DNA from: Promethearchaeia archaeon
Lineage (GTDB): Archaea > Asgardarchaeota > Lokiarchaeia > Sigyniarchaeales > SOKP01
Assembly (NCBI GenBank): GCA_029856125.1
Contig: JAHQWJ010000139.1
Coordinates: forward strand, 19,037 to 83,036
Length of the DNA stretch: 64,000 nucleotides
Reading direction: 5' to 3'
In this document: positions 49,893-59,890 of the stretch, piece by piece
Position numbering within the stretch: position 1 is the first letter of the stretch
How the letters are laid out: every line of letters begins with the position of its first letter
The notes under the pieces: generated by a model
The model's input: the letters and a program-made list of their open reading frames with translations, nothing else
The model's database searches: none
What the model was told of the DNA's origin: nothing
Program-made: the position numbers and the translations under genes

Positions 49893-50870
49893 ATGGAGAC
49901 TAAAAAAATCAATAAAGAACTTAAAGACGATCCATTAGATATGTACATTTCAATGAATAAAGATCAGGCATTGACTGAGTATATTAAAAATACTCCAAAT
50001 GCTTTAAAGAAAGATCTCGTGTTTGAACTCACTCATAAATATTTAACCAACGAAAACGAAAATCTACGAGTTGATAAGTATCTTAAAAAATATCCTTCTA
50101 CGGAATATGATCTCCAGTTTTTCCAAAAAGATCGAGGAAGAATTATTAAAATACACAGATTAATGTCGTACTTCACATTACATCAAAAATTGAAACAACT
50201 AGTTGAGTCTGATTATCTAAAATATGATGAAACGAAAAAAACTTATTCCTATAATAAACAAACGATAAAATTCACGCGAAATAAGCAGGAAAAAATTGAA
50301 TCGATTTATAAAACTTTTTTCGATCTTGTATTAGAGATGGGATATGCGAAGACTAGCACGAATAAAGTTGCTGAATTAGCAGATATAAGCATAGGAACAA
50401 TATATAGGTATTTTCCTGATGGTAAAAAAGATATCATAAGAAAATACTTTGAAAATTCTGTAGAAACATCGTTCGAACTTGGAGAATTTGAGAAATTTGA
50501 TATGTCAAATATTGCTTCCGTGTTTAGAGGTTTTGTTTCAAACGTACTGAGAAATCATAAAGAAAATAAGGCTTATCATATTGCTTTCAGATCTGCCATA
50601 CTATCAGATGAAAGCTTAGCTCAAGCTCACAAAGAAAGAGTTCTTGAAATTTCTACTCGATTCGCAAATAAATTGCAGGAGGTAAGTGGGTTTTTTAAAC
50701 CAATAGCGACTTCACGCCTGATTAGAAGTTTTGTTTTCGTTTACAATATCGTCAACGCTATTATTTATCACCATATCGTATTCATGGACTTATTTGAGAA
50801 GGATGAGGATTTAATAGATTATGTTTCAAATTTATTAGCATTTACCATAAAATACAGACAAAAACAATAA
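49893..50870 (+). CDS. TetR/AcrR regulator with ~120-aa N-terminal extension
   Basis: GYAKTSTNKVAELADISIGTIYRYFPDGK HTH. Confidence 0.88.
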   Translation: METKKINKELKDDPLDMYISMNKDQALTEYIKNTPNALKKDLVFELTHKYLTNENENLRVDKYLKKYPSTEYDLQFFQKDRGRIIKIHRLMSYFTLHQKLKQLVESDYLKYDETKKTYSYNKQTIKFTRNKQEKIESIYKTFFDLVLEMGYAKTSTNKVAELADISIGTIYRYFPDGKKDIIRKYFENSVETSFELGEFEKFDMSNIASVFRGFVSNVLRNHKENKAYHIAFRSAILSDESLAQAHKERVLEISTRFANKLQEVSGFFKPIATSRLIRSFVFVYNIVNAIIYHHIVFMDLFEKDEDLIDYVSNLLAFTIKYRQKQ

Positions 50871-50932
50871 GAATATTATGAACTTAACCACTTTCAAAAA
50901 TTATTACTTTGCCATTATAATCCATAACAATA

Positions 50933-52108
50933 TCAACTCGAACGATCTAGGTTCTTTTTAATTTTGTCAGTTAGCGATTCTGGTAAACTCTCCAAGATTG
51001 AGTCTGATATATTGTTTAAGAATGTTAGACTTTCTAACACCGCATCCAATTCTTCATTATCTAAATATTTTAAATAACCTTCACTCTCTAAGTATAATAC
51101 AACGCTAGGATAGCCACTTTCGAGCCTTTTAGCAATTTCTTCCTTAAACACTTTTTTTGCTTGAGGATCTCCCGCATCCACTAATGCTTTTAACATAGGA
51201 AACGCAAGATTTCGATGTAAAATACGAGTGTCGTACCCAAATTTAGCCCACGCCTGAATATTGGAGCAATGTCCCCAAAATTCTGCTTCAGGAGTTATTT
51301 CGGATTCCAGTGTTCTTCTCGTTGCCATTGGAGTTTGTAGTTTTTCCTCAGCTTCATCAATAGATTCAATATCACCATAGTCTCTTGTTTCATCAACAAG
51401 AATATCTAATAACAAAAATTTGCATTGCTGAAATATCTTTCCTCCAATATATATATTAGATTTAGAATCCTCTAGTCTAAGGGCTATGTATTTATTTATT
51501 TTAAAGGTAGGAACCTTCTTTCTATGTCTCTTAAACTTTAGATTCACTTTAGGTCTGCGAGGTCTCCTATTGACTTCAATTTGATTAGGTTGATAACGAG
51601 TAAAAAGAATTTCCGTCATTTTTTCAAAAAGTGCGTCCACATTCTGCCCCGTTTTGGACGAGACTTCCATGTATCCAGCTAAGTTATGAATACGAGCTGC
51701 AAGTATGCCTTCCTCTCTCGTGACGGTTCTAAATTCGTTTAAATCAACATTTGTCCCTACCATCATTATAGGGATATCTCCTGCATGTTCTCGTATGATT
51801 TGAGTCCAATCGGGTAAAACGTCTAAAGACGAGCGGTTAGTAATGTCATATAAGAATAAAGCAGCATTAGCACCTTTGCAATATTGGTGCAAGAGGAATC
51901 GGAAACGTTCTTCGCCCCCAAAATCCCATATCTGTAATTTTACCTTCCTACCATTATGACTCGTTGTCTTAGAATAAAAATCCACTCCTATTGTTAATTT
52001 AAGATCATCCAGGAAAAAACCAGATATGTATCGAATTGTTAAAGAAGTTTTTGCAGCGGAGTCATCCCCTAGCATCATGATTTTCCAAGTATAATCATAT
52101 CCACTCAT
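50933..52108 (-). CDS. Rab-like GTPase domain fused to a Loki-specific domain usually seen N-terminal to LRRs
   Basis: TIGVDF, WDFGGEERF, EVSSK; degenerate G1 (GDDSAAKT) and G4 (TNVD); C-half F.QCKFLL...EFWGHCSNIQAW...YDTRILHRNLAFP. Confidence 0.85.
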   Translation of the reverse strand: MSGYDYTWKIMMLGDDSAAKTSLTIRYISGFFLDDLKLTIGVDFYSKTTSHNGRKVKLQIWDFGGEERFRFLLHQYCKGANAALFLYDITNRSSLDVLPDWTQIIREHAGDIPIMMVGTNVDLNEFRTVTREEGILAARIHNLAGYMEVSSKTGQNVDALFEKMTEILFTRYQPNQIEVNRRPRRPKVNLKFKRHRKKVPTFKINKYIALRLEDSKSNIYIGGKIFQQCKFLLLDILVDETRDYGDIESIDEAEEKLQTPMATRRTLESEITPEAEFWGHCSNIQAWAKFGYDTRILHRNLAFPMLKALVDAGDPQAKKVFKEEIAKRLESGYPSVVLYLESEGYLKYLDNEELDAVLESLTFLNNISDSILESLPESLTDKIKKNLDRSS

Positions 52109-52353
52109 TTTCTCACCCACAACCCTGGTTTTTAGACAAAAAATCTTTATCTCCAGCGAAACTTACGCAATTGAGACTACTAATAAATATTATATATCGA
52201 ATTCGTTCTCAGCTAAATATTAAATAGATACTTAAGCATATAAATCTCACACATCTCCCTCTTTTTCACATGACATTAAGGATATTTGAGATAATATGAA
52301 ATAAGGAGATATTTGTTTAGAATTAGAGTTTTTTCACTTCGAGAAAACTGTTT

Positions 52354-52584
52354 CTATTTATCGTATTTCTCTCTCAAATATTCTTCGGAGTTTAAAAAAA
52401 TTTCACAATCGCAAAATCCACCAGAATATCTACAATCCTCTAAAAATTCTTCCTGCTTTTCTTTAGGAATACTCATTTCTTTTAATATGATTTCTGCATT
52501 GGTTAAATCGCGCGCATTACACCCATTAGTTTCTAATAATTCTTCCAATCTATTAAAAAACTTCTCTAAATCCCTTTTATTCAA
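52354..52584 (-). CDS. DUF2695-family small protein
   Basis: GC....L...GGFCDCEIFLN; AAGGTGA SD. Confidence 0.75.
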   Translation of the reverse strand: MNKRDLEKFFNRLEELLETNGCNARDLTNAEIILKEMSIPKEKQEEFLEDCRYSGGFCDCEIFLNSEEYLREKYDK

Positions 52585-52720
52585 CCGTCGTTCACCTTTA
52601 GAGTTATATTATTCTATCGTTTATTAGATATTTAAAATTGTAGACTCTACTGGTAATAATAAGAATACTAAAATAATTAAATTAAATATAAAAAGCTTAA
52701 AAAAAAATTCGAGATATAAA

Positions 52721-53428
52721 TCATCTACTCTCAGAGACTGTTTTTCTCACAGAAATAGGTTTCTCAAGCATAAGGTTATAGATTTCATTCGCTCTTCGCT
52801 CGATTAACTCTCTTATTTGAGCCCTACCTCTCCTAGACTGTTGATAGCGCTCAATAGCAATATTACGCCACTTCTTTTTCCACGCGGGGAAGCCCGTCTT
52901 AACGTAGCGCTCCCGATTTGGAAAATCCTGACATACCCAGTTAAACGAGATAAAGTACCTCTTGATACCTGAGTCTTTCGTAAGGTTCTTTGAGCCCATT
53001 CCTAATCTTCTGAGGTGTTGAATAAATCTGCCTTCCACAGCGTCTTGGAGTTCTCCTTCAACAATTGCCGCCTCGTAATATATCTTGTTCTCGTCAAAAT
53101 ATTCTCTAACAAGATCAAAACAATTACCCCGGCATAGGAGTATTCTATCTCCTTTGCTATGATTAAGTGCTCTAAGAGCTTTGATAACTATCTTTAGAAT
53201 ATGTTTCTTTGGTCGATCCTCTTCCTTGTTCTCTTTGTTATATAGGATAACTGGAACCGATTCAAAAATAATCTTTCCCGTGTTCGTGTCTCGAAAGCCA
53301 ATAAAGGCATCTCCGACGAGATCACCCGTCCCAGCGTCGTCAATTTCTATCGTTCTTCCCTTCCACTCGCTGGGATTTATTGTGGATTGGCACGACTCTC
53401 GGTCGTCTTTTTCTGTTTCTGTCTTCAT
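52721..53428 (-). CDS. Uncharacterised protein with RNase HII-like N-terminal motif
   Basis: IEIDDAGTGDLVG; LCRG..FD; LQ..VE; likely start MKTETE (ORF-track start 53554 is too long). Confidence 0.6.
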   Translation of the reverse strand: MKTETEKDDRESCQSTINPSEWKGRTIEIDDAGTGDLVGDAFIGFRDTNTGKIIFESVPVILYNKENKEEDRPKKHILKIVIKALRALNHSKGDRILLCRGNCFDLVREYFDENKIYYEAAIVEGELQDAVEGRFIQHLRRLGMGSKNLTKDSGIKRYFISFNWVCQDFPNRERYVKTGFPAWKKKWRNIAIERYQQSRRGRAQIRELIERRANEIYNLMLEKPISVRKTVSESR

Positions 53429-53628
53429 TATTACATGTACATAAATAATTACAGTCATAAAAATATTTCGATTTACCGCTGTAAAAGGAATAGAGAAAAA
53501 AACAAACTTGCTCAAACCATCATAACTTCTTTTTTTTATTTTTATGATACTCATTTTATTACTTATAATAATTATTTAGATAATGTAGTTAATGAAACAT
53601 TTAAAAATCAAAAAAACTGTGGAATAGT

Positions 53629-54558
53629 ATGGCGTATAATGAAAAAATTCTAAAAGATGATGTGTTGAGAGTATTTTTAATAGGATCAGGGGGACCTATC
53701 AACAATGAGGTAAGGGTTGCTCCATGCATCGCTGTTATTGCAGGCGGGGAGTTCTTTCTTGTTGATGTTGGACCTGGCACATACCGAATTGTCGATGTTA
53801 TGAGACTTCCTATACCACACTTAAGTAAAATTCTTCTTACGCACTTTCATTCAGACCACATAGGAGATCTTGGCGAGGCAAACATGATGTCGTGGGCTAA
53901 CGGAAGAACCAAGGCACTAGAAGTTTACGGTCCTGAAGGAGTTGAAAAAGTAGTTAACGGATTTATCATGGCATATGAACACGATACCGGTTATAGAATT
54001 GCCCATCATGGTAAGGATATAATGCTACCAGAAGCAGGCACACCAATAAGCAAAATCGTTAAATTCTCTGATCCTAAAGAAAGGATATTATGTTTTGAGA
54101 CAGATGGATTAAAAGTTTATGCCTTTCAAGTTGATCATTCTCCTGTAAAATCTGCTGTCGGTTATAGGATAGAATATAAGGGGAATGTAGTCGTAATAAC
54201 AGGAGATACGAAAAAAACCAATAACTTGGCAGAGCACTGCAAAGACGCCGATATCCTCTTCAGCGAAGCAATATCTTATGAAATGTTAAATAACATGATT
54301 GAGGGCCTAAAAAGAATTAATCTTACCAGATCTACTAAGATATTAAAAGACATTCAAGATTATCACATGGAACCAGTTGTTGCAGCAAGAATAGCAAAAG
54401 AAGCCGGCGTAAAAAAGCTTGTATACGTCCATATAACGCCTCCATTGACCAATAAAGCAACAGAAGAACTATATCTGAAAGGTGTCAGCGATATCTTTGA
54501 CGGAGAGATTATTTTAGGCAGAGATCGCATGAAATTCAAGTTAAAACCAAAAGAATAG
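53629..54558 (+). CDS. MBL-fold hydrolase, RNase Z/AtsA family
   Basis: GSGGP, THFHSDH, VDH, TGDT, DYH, VH. Confidence 0.9.
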   Translation: MAYNEKILKDDVLRVFLIGSGGPINNEVRVAPCIAVIAGGEFFLVDVGPGTYRIVDVMRLPIPHLSKILLTHFHSDHIGDLGEANMMSWANGRTKALEVYGPEGVEKVVNGFIMAYEHDTGYRIAHHGKDIMLPEAGTPISKIVKFSDPKERILCFETDGLKVYAFQVDHSPVKSAVGYRIEYKGNVVVITGDTKKTNNLAEHCKDADILFSEAISYEMLNNMIEGLKRINLTRSTKILKDIQDYHMEPVVAARIAKEAGVKKLVYVHITPPLTNKATEELYLKGVSDIFDGEIILGRDRMKFKLKPKE

Positions 54559-54574
54559 AATTTTTTCACTTTTT

Positions 54575-55402
54575 TTACCTAAAGAGTTTTGCTAACCCTA
54601 AAATTTCTTCTGTTTTCTTCCAGAGTGTTTTCTGAACTTCAATATCGTAAGTAATTTCTTTTGAGGATACTGAACGATTATTTACAAAATACTTTCCAGT
54701 TACTTTTTCTAATTCCGGAGCTGTAGCTGCGAAAACTAATGTCTTAGAACCCTCTGCTAGTGATAGACCCCCCGCTCCAAACGCAGTTCTCAATAGTTTA
54801 GTATTAATTACACCTGGATGAAGACAATTTACAGTTATATCTTGATTACAAAATTTTTTTGCAAGGAGATAAGTAAACATAATAAGCGCCGTTTTAGATT
54901 TTGCATATGCTTTAACAGCAGTATATTCCTTTTCTAATTGTAAATCCTCAGTATAAAGTTGATTAGATTGAACTCGCGAAACTACATTTACAATTCGACT
55001 CGATGTTCCCTTTTTCAGCAAATCGAGTAAAAGATTTGTAAGGAGAAAAGGAGCTACATAATTTATTGCAAAAGTTTCTTCTAATCCTTCTTGGTTAACT
55101 GTTCGTTCTGGTCTAATTATCCCCGCGTTATTTATTAACACATCCAATTTATCAAATCGCTTGTAAAGATCACTAACCATTTCTTTGATTTGACTGAAAG
55201 ATCCCAAATCAGCATAAACATAACTTAAATTATAACTATTGGTTACTTCTTCAATTTTCCTCATTGCTAACTCGGCTTTTTCTTGATTTCTTCCGTGCAC
55301 TATTACATGATTCCCAGATTTAGCAAGATCAATTGCCGTTTGATAGCCAATCCCATCTGTGGAACCCGTAATCAAAATAAATTTTTTCTCCATATTATTC
55401 AA
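54575..55402 (-). CDS. SDR (retinol dehydrogenase-like)
   Basis: TGSTDGIG, NNAG, YAKSK, LHPGVINT. Confidence 0.92.
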   Translation of the reverse strand: MNNMEKKFILITGSTDGIGYQTAIDLAKSGNHVIVHGRNQEKAELAMRKIEEVTNSYNLSYVYADLGSFSQIKEMVSDLYKRFDKLDVLINNAGIIRPERTVNQEGLEETFAINYVAPFLLTNLLLDLLKKGTSSRIVNVVSRVQSNQLYTEDLQLEKEYTAVKAYAKSKTALIMFTYLLAKKFCNQDITVNCLHPGVINTKLLRTAFGAGGLSLAEGSKTLVFAATAPELEKVTGKYFVNNRSVSSKEITYDIEVQKTLWKKTEEILGLAKLFR

Positions 55403-55443
55403 CTATCTTTAACTCTTAGCTTTTTTTATTGAAATATAGGCTA

Positions 55444-56052
55444 TTATGATTCCAATTTTTTTCCAAAAATCCAATATTGATATTCTCCTCCTCTTTCCAA
55501 AACAGCTTCAGATATGATTGAGAATCCTGCTTCTTTTACGAGATTGAGAGTGGTTTTTGGACCGAAATTACTCCAAAACATTGGAACCCCAAAAAACCGG
55601 CTCGTTCCTTCTGATTCTGAGACCCCATTATTAATCATTAAAATACCACCAGGTTTCAATACTTCAAAAAATTTCTTAAATATTTCGAAGTGGTTTTCTT
55701 TAGGAACATGAAAGAGGGCATATACACTTACAATCCCATCAAAGGTTTTTTCATTAAAATTTAACTCATTCATATCCATTTTAATGAATTCAGCACTCGG
55801 CACATTCTTTCCCGCTAGATTTAACATTGTATCAGATAAATCAATCCCAGTTACTCTAATATCCTTTTCTATTAAAAATTTAGCTGTAGGAATACCCGCA
55901 CCACACCCCACATCTAATATATGAGCGTTTTCTGGGAGTAAAGATACAAATTCCTCCAGTTCATTATTGAACTTACTTAGATTCCTATGACTATAGTAAT
56001 CTTCAGCAATTCTATTATAACCTTTCTCTACTAATTTAGTTATTGCATCCAT
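55444..56052 (-). CDS. Class I SAM-dependent methyltransferase
   Basis: LDVGCGAG, GIDLS, LFHVP, LKPGG. Confidence 0.9.
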   Translation of the reverse strand: MDAITKLVEKGYNRIAEDYYSHRNLSKFNNELEEFVSLLPENAHILDVGCGAGIPTAKFLIEKDIRVTGIDLSDTMLNLAGKNVPSAEFIKMDMNELNFNEKTFDGIVSVYALFHVPKENHFEIFKKFFEVLKPGGILMINNGVSESEGTSRFFGVPMFWSNFGPKTTLNLVKEAGFSIISEAVLERGGEYQYWIFGKKLES

Positions 56053-56162
56053 ATTAATAATACAATAAATAAATCTTAAGTAGGCACTGTTAATATTTTA
56101 TTACTGAGAAGAGTTCTAAGCATTATAAAAGTTAATCCCTTATAGAAAAGGGTTTATAATTT

Positions 56163-56627
56163 TTAACAATGAATTTCTTTAATTTGTCCAAAATTCTCGA
56201 TTCTATCGTATTTCTTATTCTTGGATTGAAAATGAACTATAATATCAGAATTTTCGATTTCTGGCATCTCCTCAATAAGTTTCTTATCTCCATATTTAAA
56301 TGCTTGAAGTACGAGTGGCAAATGATAACAAAAGATTCTGTCTCGTAATCCCGCCCAACCAAAACAAAAACCTCCACTAACATGCATATAGATATGTAGC
56401 TCGTACTGATCATTATTCTTTTGCCATTCAGCTAACACCTCATCCCTCATAAAACGCGTATAAAGACTTGAAATTTGTTCAAAATCATAATCGGATCCTA
56501 TTGTAAGAAAAAGATCTCCCGTTGAATCAGAATGAGTTAATGTGTATTTGCGAGGTAATTTAAGGCTTACTTCATCAATCGAGTCTTTATAGACAACATG
56601 CAAATTATCAGGATTTAAATCTGTCAT
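56163..56627 (-). CDS. Staygreen (SGR) family protein
   Basis: LPRKYTLTHSDSTGDLFLTIG, RDEVLAEW, LH...HVSGG, VHFQS. Confidence 0.9.
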   Translation of the reverse strand: MTDLNPDNLHVVYKDSIDEVSLKLPRKYTLTHSDSTGDLFLTIGSDYDFEQISSLYTRFMRDEVLAEWQKNNDQYELHIYMHVSGGFCFGWAGLRDRIFCYHLPLVLQAFKYGDKKLIEEMPEIENSDIIVHFQSKNKKYDRIENFGQIKEIHC

Positions 56628-56851
56628 GAATATGAATAAAGTAGGATAACAAGAAGTTTAAACCATTTTCTTATGAAATATTAAGTAATACTCTTTATAA
56701 TTGTAGCGGGATCTCGAATCTCACAGAGTATAGAATTATTTATTAAAAAGAAATGAATGTGTATTTTTTCCTAATTTTAAATTATCTTATATGAAATTAT
56801 TAAATTTTTTATTATCTCAAGCCTTATTACAGTAATTTCACCTATTTAACT

Positions 56852-58111
56852 ATGATTAAGATAAAATCTGAATATCAAAAACTAACTCCTCTTTGGATTG
56901 CGGTTTTCGTAGACATTCTTGGATTTAGTATTATTCTTCCGTTTTTACCTTTTTTTATTGTAGAATTCAATAGTTCCCCAGTAATAATTGGATTTCTTTT
57001 AAGTTCGAATGCTATTTTTGGTTTTTTCTTTGGACCAATACTCGGTAAATTGAGTGATAATTATGGGCGGAAACCAGTTATGTTGATTTCATTAGCAGGA
57101 ACCTTAGTAGGTTTTATTGTTTTGATACTTTCCAATAATATTTTACTCTTGTTTATTGCTAGAATTATAGATGGAGTATTTAGTGGTCAATTTCCAATAG
57201 CAAAAGCTATAATAGGTGATATAGTACCTCCAAAAGAACGACCAAAACAGATGACCAATATTGGAATAGCATTTGGTTTGGCATTCATAATAGGTCCTGC
57301 AATTGGTGGAATTTTATCTCCTTTCGGTCTTATTTGGCCTGGTATTCTTGCTTCCATTTTGACCGGATTCTCACTGGTTTACACTACAATCTATTTAGAA
57401 GAGAGCTTACCTAAAAAAATTCAATCAAAATGGCAAACTAGTCCCATAGAAAGTCGTGATTTGAAAAAGAATTCTGTTTCGATTTGGAAAAATAATAAAA
57501 CTGTAACACTTGTCATTCAGTATAGTTTTATTGCAATTACGGGAGGAATTCTTCAAACAACCTTTAGTATTTTTGCGGGTATTCGACTTGGATTAAGTCC
57601 ATTTATAGTAGGAATTCTATTGATGCTTTTAGGCATATTTCAAATTATTTTTAGGTTATTAGTATTCAATCGACTGAGAAAATCAATTGGAGACCCAATT
57701 ACTGCGCTCTTAGGATTAGGAACTTACATAGGTACATATATATTCTTCGGTATTGTAACTCAAGTTTGGGAATTAGTAATCTTATTGTTTTTTCTTAGTT
57801 TTGCTGGTTCCATATCTCAGGGTATCATAACTGGATTTATAAGTCGTTCTGTAGATAATCAAAATCAAGGTAAAATAATGGGTATTACTACTGGAATAGA
57901 TAATCTAACTCAAATAATAGGACCGATTGTAGGGGGAATCTTACTTAGTTTATCCGGTAATATTCCGTATGCACTAGTTTTGAGTTTATTAAGTGTTATA
58001 CCTTTTCTTATAGGGTTTCGAGTATTAAAATTCGGATATGACAATAGAGAAAAAAACCCCGAAATCGAGAATATGCCTAAAGAAGTTATAGAGACTGGAG
58101 TAATATTATAA
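56852..58111 (+). CDS. MFS transporter (TetA/DHA1-like)
   Basis: DILGFSIILP, GKLSDNYGRKP, ARIIDG, GPAIGG. Confidence 0.92.
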   Translation: MIKIKSEYQKLTPLWIAVFVDILGFSIILPFLPFFIVEFNSSPVIIGFLLSSNAIFGFFFGPILGKLSDNYGRKPVMLISLAGTLVGFIVLILSNNILLLFIARIIDGVFSGQFPIAKAIIGDIVPPKERPKQMTNIGIAFGLAFIIGPAIGGILSPFGLIWPGILASILTGFSLVYTTIYLEESLPKKIQSKWQTSPIESRDLKKNSVSIWKNNKTVTLVIQYSFIAITGGILQTTFSIFAGIRLGLSPFIVGILLMLLGIFQIIFRLLVFNRLRKSIGDPITALLGLGTYIGTYIFFGIVTQVWELVILLFFLSFAGSISQGIITGFISRSVDNQNQGKIMGITTGIDNLTQIIGPIVGGILLSLSGNIPYALVLSLLSVIPFLIGFRVLKFGYDNREKNPEIENMPKEVIETGVIL

Positions 58112-58241
58112 ATTTTCACCATTTCCTAATTCTTTTTTTACAAAATAAGCTATTAATCTTATAATTTTTATAGATTCAATTTAAGTTTCCAAAAATATTT
58201 TTTAGTAATAATAAAACAGCTTATCAACTTGTAAGGTTATT

Positions 58242-59264
58242 ATGATGAAATTGCCCCTCGAATCAATAACAAATTTGACCCCGAATCTTAAAATCTCTCG
58301 TGTCATTAATGGCATGTGGCAAGTTTCTGGAGCTCACGGTTATATAAATAAAGAGAAGGCAATAAAAAGCATGAATTTACATGTAGATAATGGGTTCATA
58401 ACGTGGGATTTAGCAGATCATTACGGACCCGCTGAAGATTTTGTTAAAATCTTTAGAGAACAGAGAGATAAAGAACAAAAAGACCCATCTCTCGAAGATA
58501 TGAACTTTTTTACCAAATGGGTGCCCCGACCACAAAAAATCACGAGAGACATAGTCTATAATGCTATTAATATTTCTAGAAGAAGAATGGGAATGAACTC
58601 TTTAGATATGCTTCAATTTCACTGGTGGGACTATCAAGATAAGAACTATCTTAAAGCTATGGCCTACTTAGATGATTTAAGAAAAGAAGGAATAATATCA
58701 ACATTAGGATTAACTAATTTTGACACAAAACATACTGAAGAATTTTTAAAAATGGGAATTAATATCGTTTCAAATCAAGTTCAATATTCCTTAATAGATA
58801 GGAGACCAGAACAACTTATGGCCCGCTTGTGTAAAAAATATAATCTAAAACTTCTTGCATATGGTACTTTATGTGGAGGATTATTATCGGAAAAATTTTT
58901 AAATCGATCAGAACCAGATGAAGATCAGCTCTATACAGCCTCACTATATAAATATAAAAATATGATAGATCGCTGGGGAGACTGGAAACTCTTTCAAGAA
59001 TTACTTAATACTCTAAAAAAGATTGCTTTAAAGTATAAGGTATCAATTGCGAATGTTGCTGTCCGTTACGTTCTAGAAAATCCGATTGTAGGCGGTGCTA
59101 TAATAGGCGTTCGTTTAGGAATTTCCGAGCATATCGAACAAAATTCTAGAATCTTTAAATTTTCTCTAAACCAAGACGATATTGAAGATATTAACCGAGT
59201 TTTATCTAAATCTAAGGATCTACTTCACATTATAGGAGATTGTGGAGATGAATATCGAAGATAA
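58242..59264 (+). CDS. Aldo/keto reductase
   Basis: GMWQ, DLADHYG, LQFHWW, GLTNFD, SNQVQYSLID, GDCGDEYR. Confidence 0.9.
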   Translation: MMKLPLESITNLTPNLKISRVINGMWQVSGAHGYINKEKAIKSMNLHVDNGFITWDLADHYGPAEDFVKIFREQRDKEQKDPSLEDMNFFTKWVPRPQKITRDIVYNAINISRRRMGMNSLDMLQFHWWDYQDKNYLKAMAYLDDLRKEGIISTLGLTNFDTKHTEEFLKMGINIVSNQVQYSLIDRRPEQLMARLCKKYNLKLLAYGTLCGGLLSEKFLNRSEPDEDQLYTASLYKYKNMIDRWGDWKLFQELLNTLKKIALKYKVSIANVAVRYVLENPIVGGAIIGVRLGISEHIEQNSRIFKFSLNQDDIEDINRVLSKSKDLLHIIGDCGDEYRR

Positions 59265-59416
59265 GCCTTTCCATCTTTATTATATTTTATAGATTTTTAC
59301 AAAATTCTGATTATATAAGATTAAATAAACCTTCTTCAATCGAATGTATCATTATACAAGCTTTTTAATAATTTATAAAAGTGTTATTTACTAAAAGAAA
59401 AAAAAGAGATGAAAAA

Positions 59417-59875
59417 ATGAAATTTCCTGATTTATCAGGTGATAATTTAGAAAAGAAGAAATACAATATACCCTACGATCTCGAGGGTGAACTTAATGTC
59501 TTAATTTTACCTTTTCAGCGTTGGCATCAAAACCTTGTAGATGAATGGAGCTTATTTTTAAATGACATTGAACGTTCAAACAATAATTTTCGATATTATG
59601 AGGTTCCAACTTTAAATTCGGCTTATAAGGTAATGAGATTTATGATTGATGGAGGAATGAGAGCCGGAATTCCTGATAGAAGCGTACGAGAGCGAACAAT
59701 TACACTCTACACAAATAAACCTCTATTTGAACACCATTTGGACATAAGATCTGAAAATACTATATATTTGTTTTTAATACGGAAAAACGGTGAAATTCTC
59801 TGGAGGAGCGAAGGAGAATATGAGTCACAAAAGGGGGAAAAGCTCTTAAAAGCGATTAAAAAGCTGAATGCTTAA
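59417..59875 (+). CDS. ATP10-like thioredoxin-fold protein (no CxxC)
   Basis: FP...G.NL....P.DL...FQRWHQ..VD.W...YE.P...IDGGMRAGIP...TITLY; start MKFPD. Confidence 0.6.
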   Translation: MKFPDLSGDNLEKKKYNIPYDLEGELNVLILPFQRWHQNLVDEWSLFLNDIERSNNNFRYYEVPTLNSAYKVMRFMIDGGMRAGIPDRSVRERTITLYTNKPLFEHHLDIRSENTIYLFLIRKNGEILWRSEGEYESQKGEKLLKAIKKLNA

Positions 59876-59890
59876 TTTCTTTTTTAGATA

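Noticed and set aside
56701-56730. GTAGCGGGATCTCGAATCTCAC resembling a tRNA T-arm/att site
   Set aside because: No proper T stem, cloverleaf or adjacent integrase.
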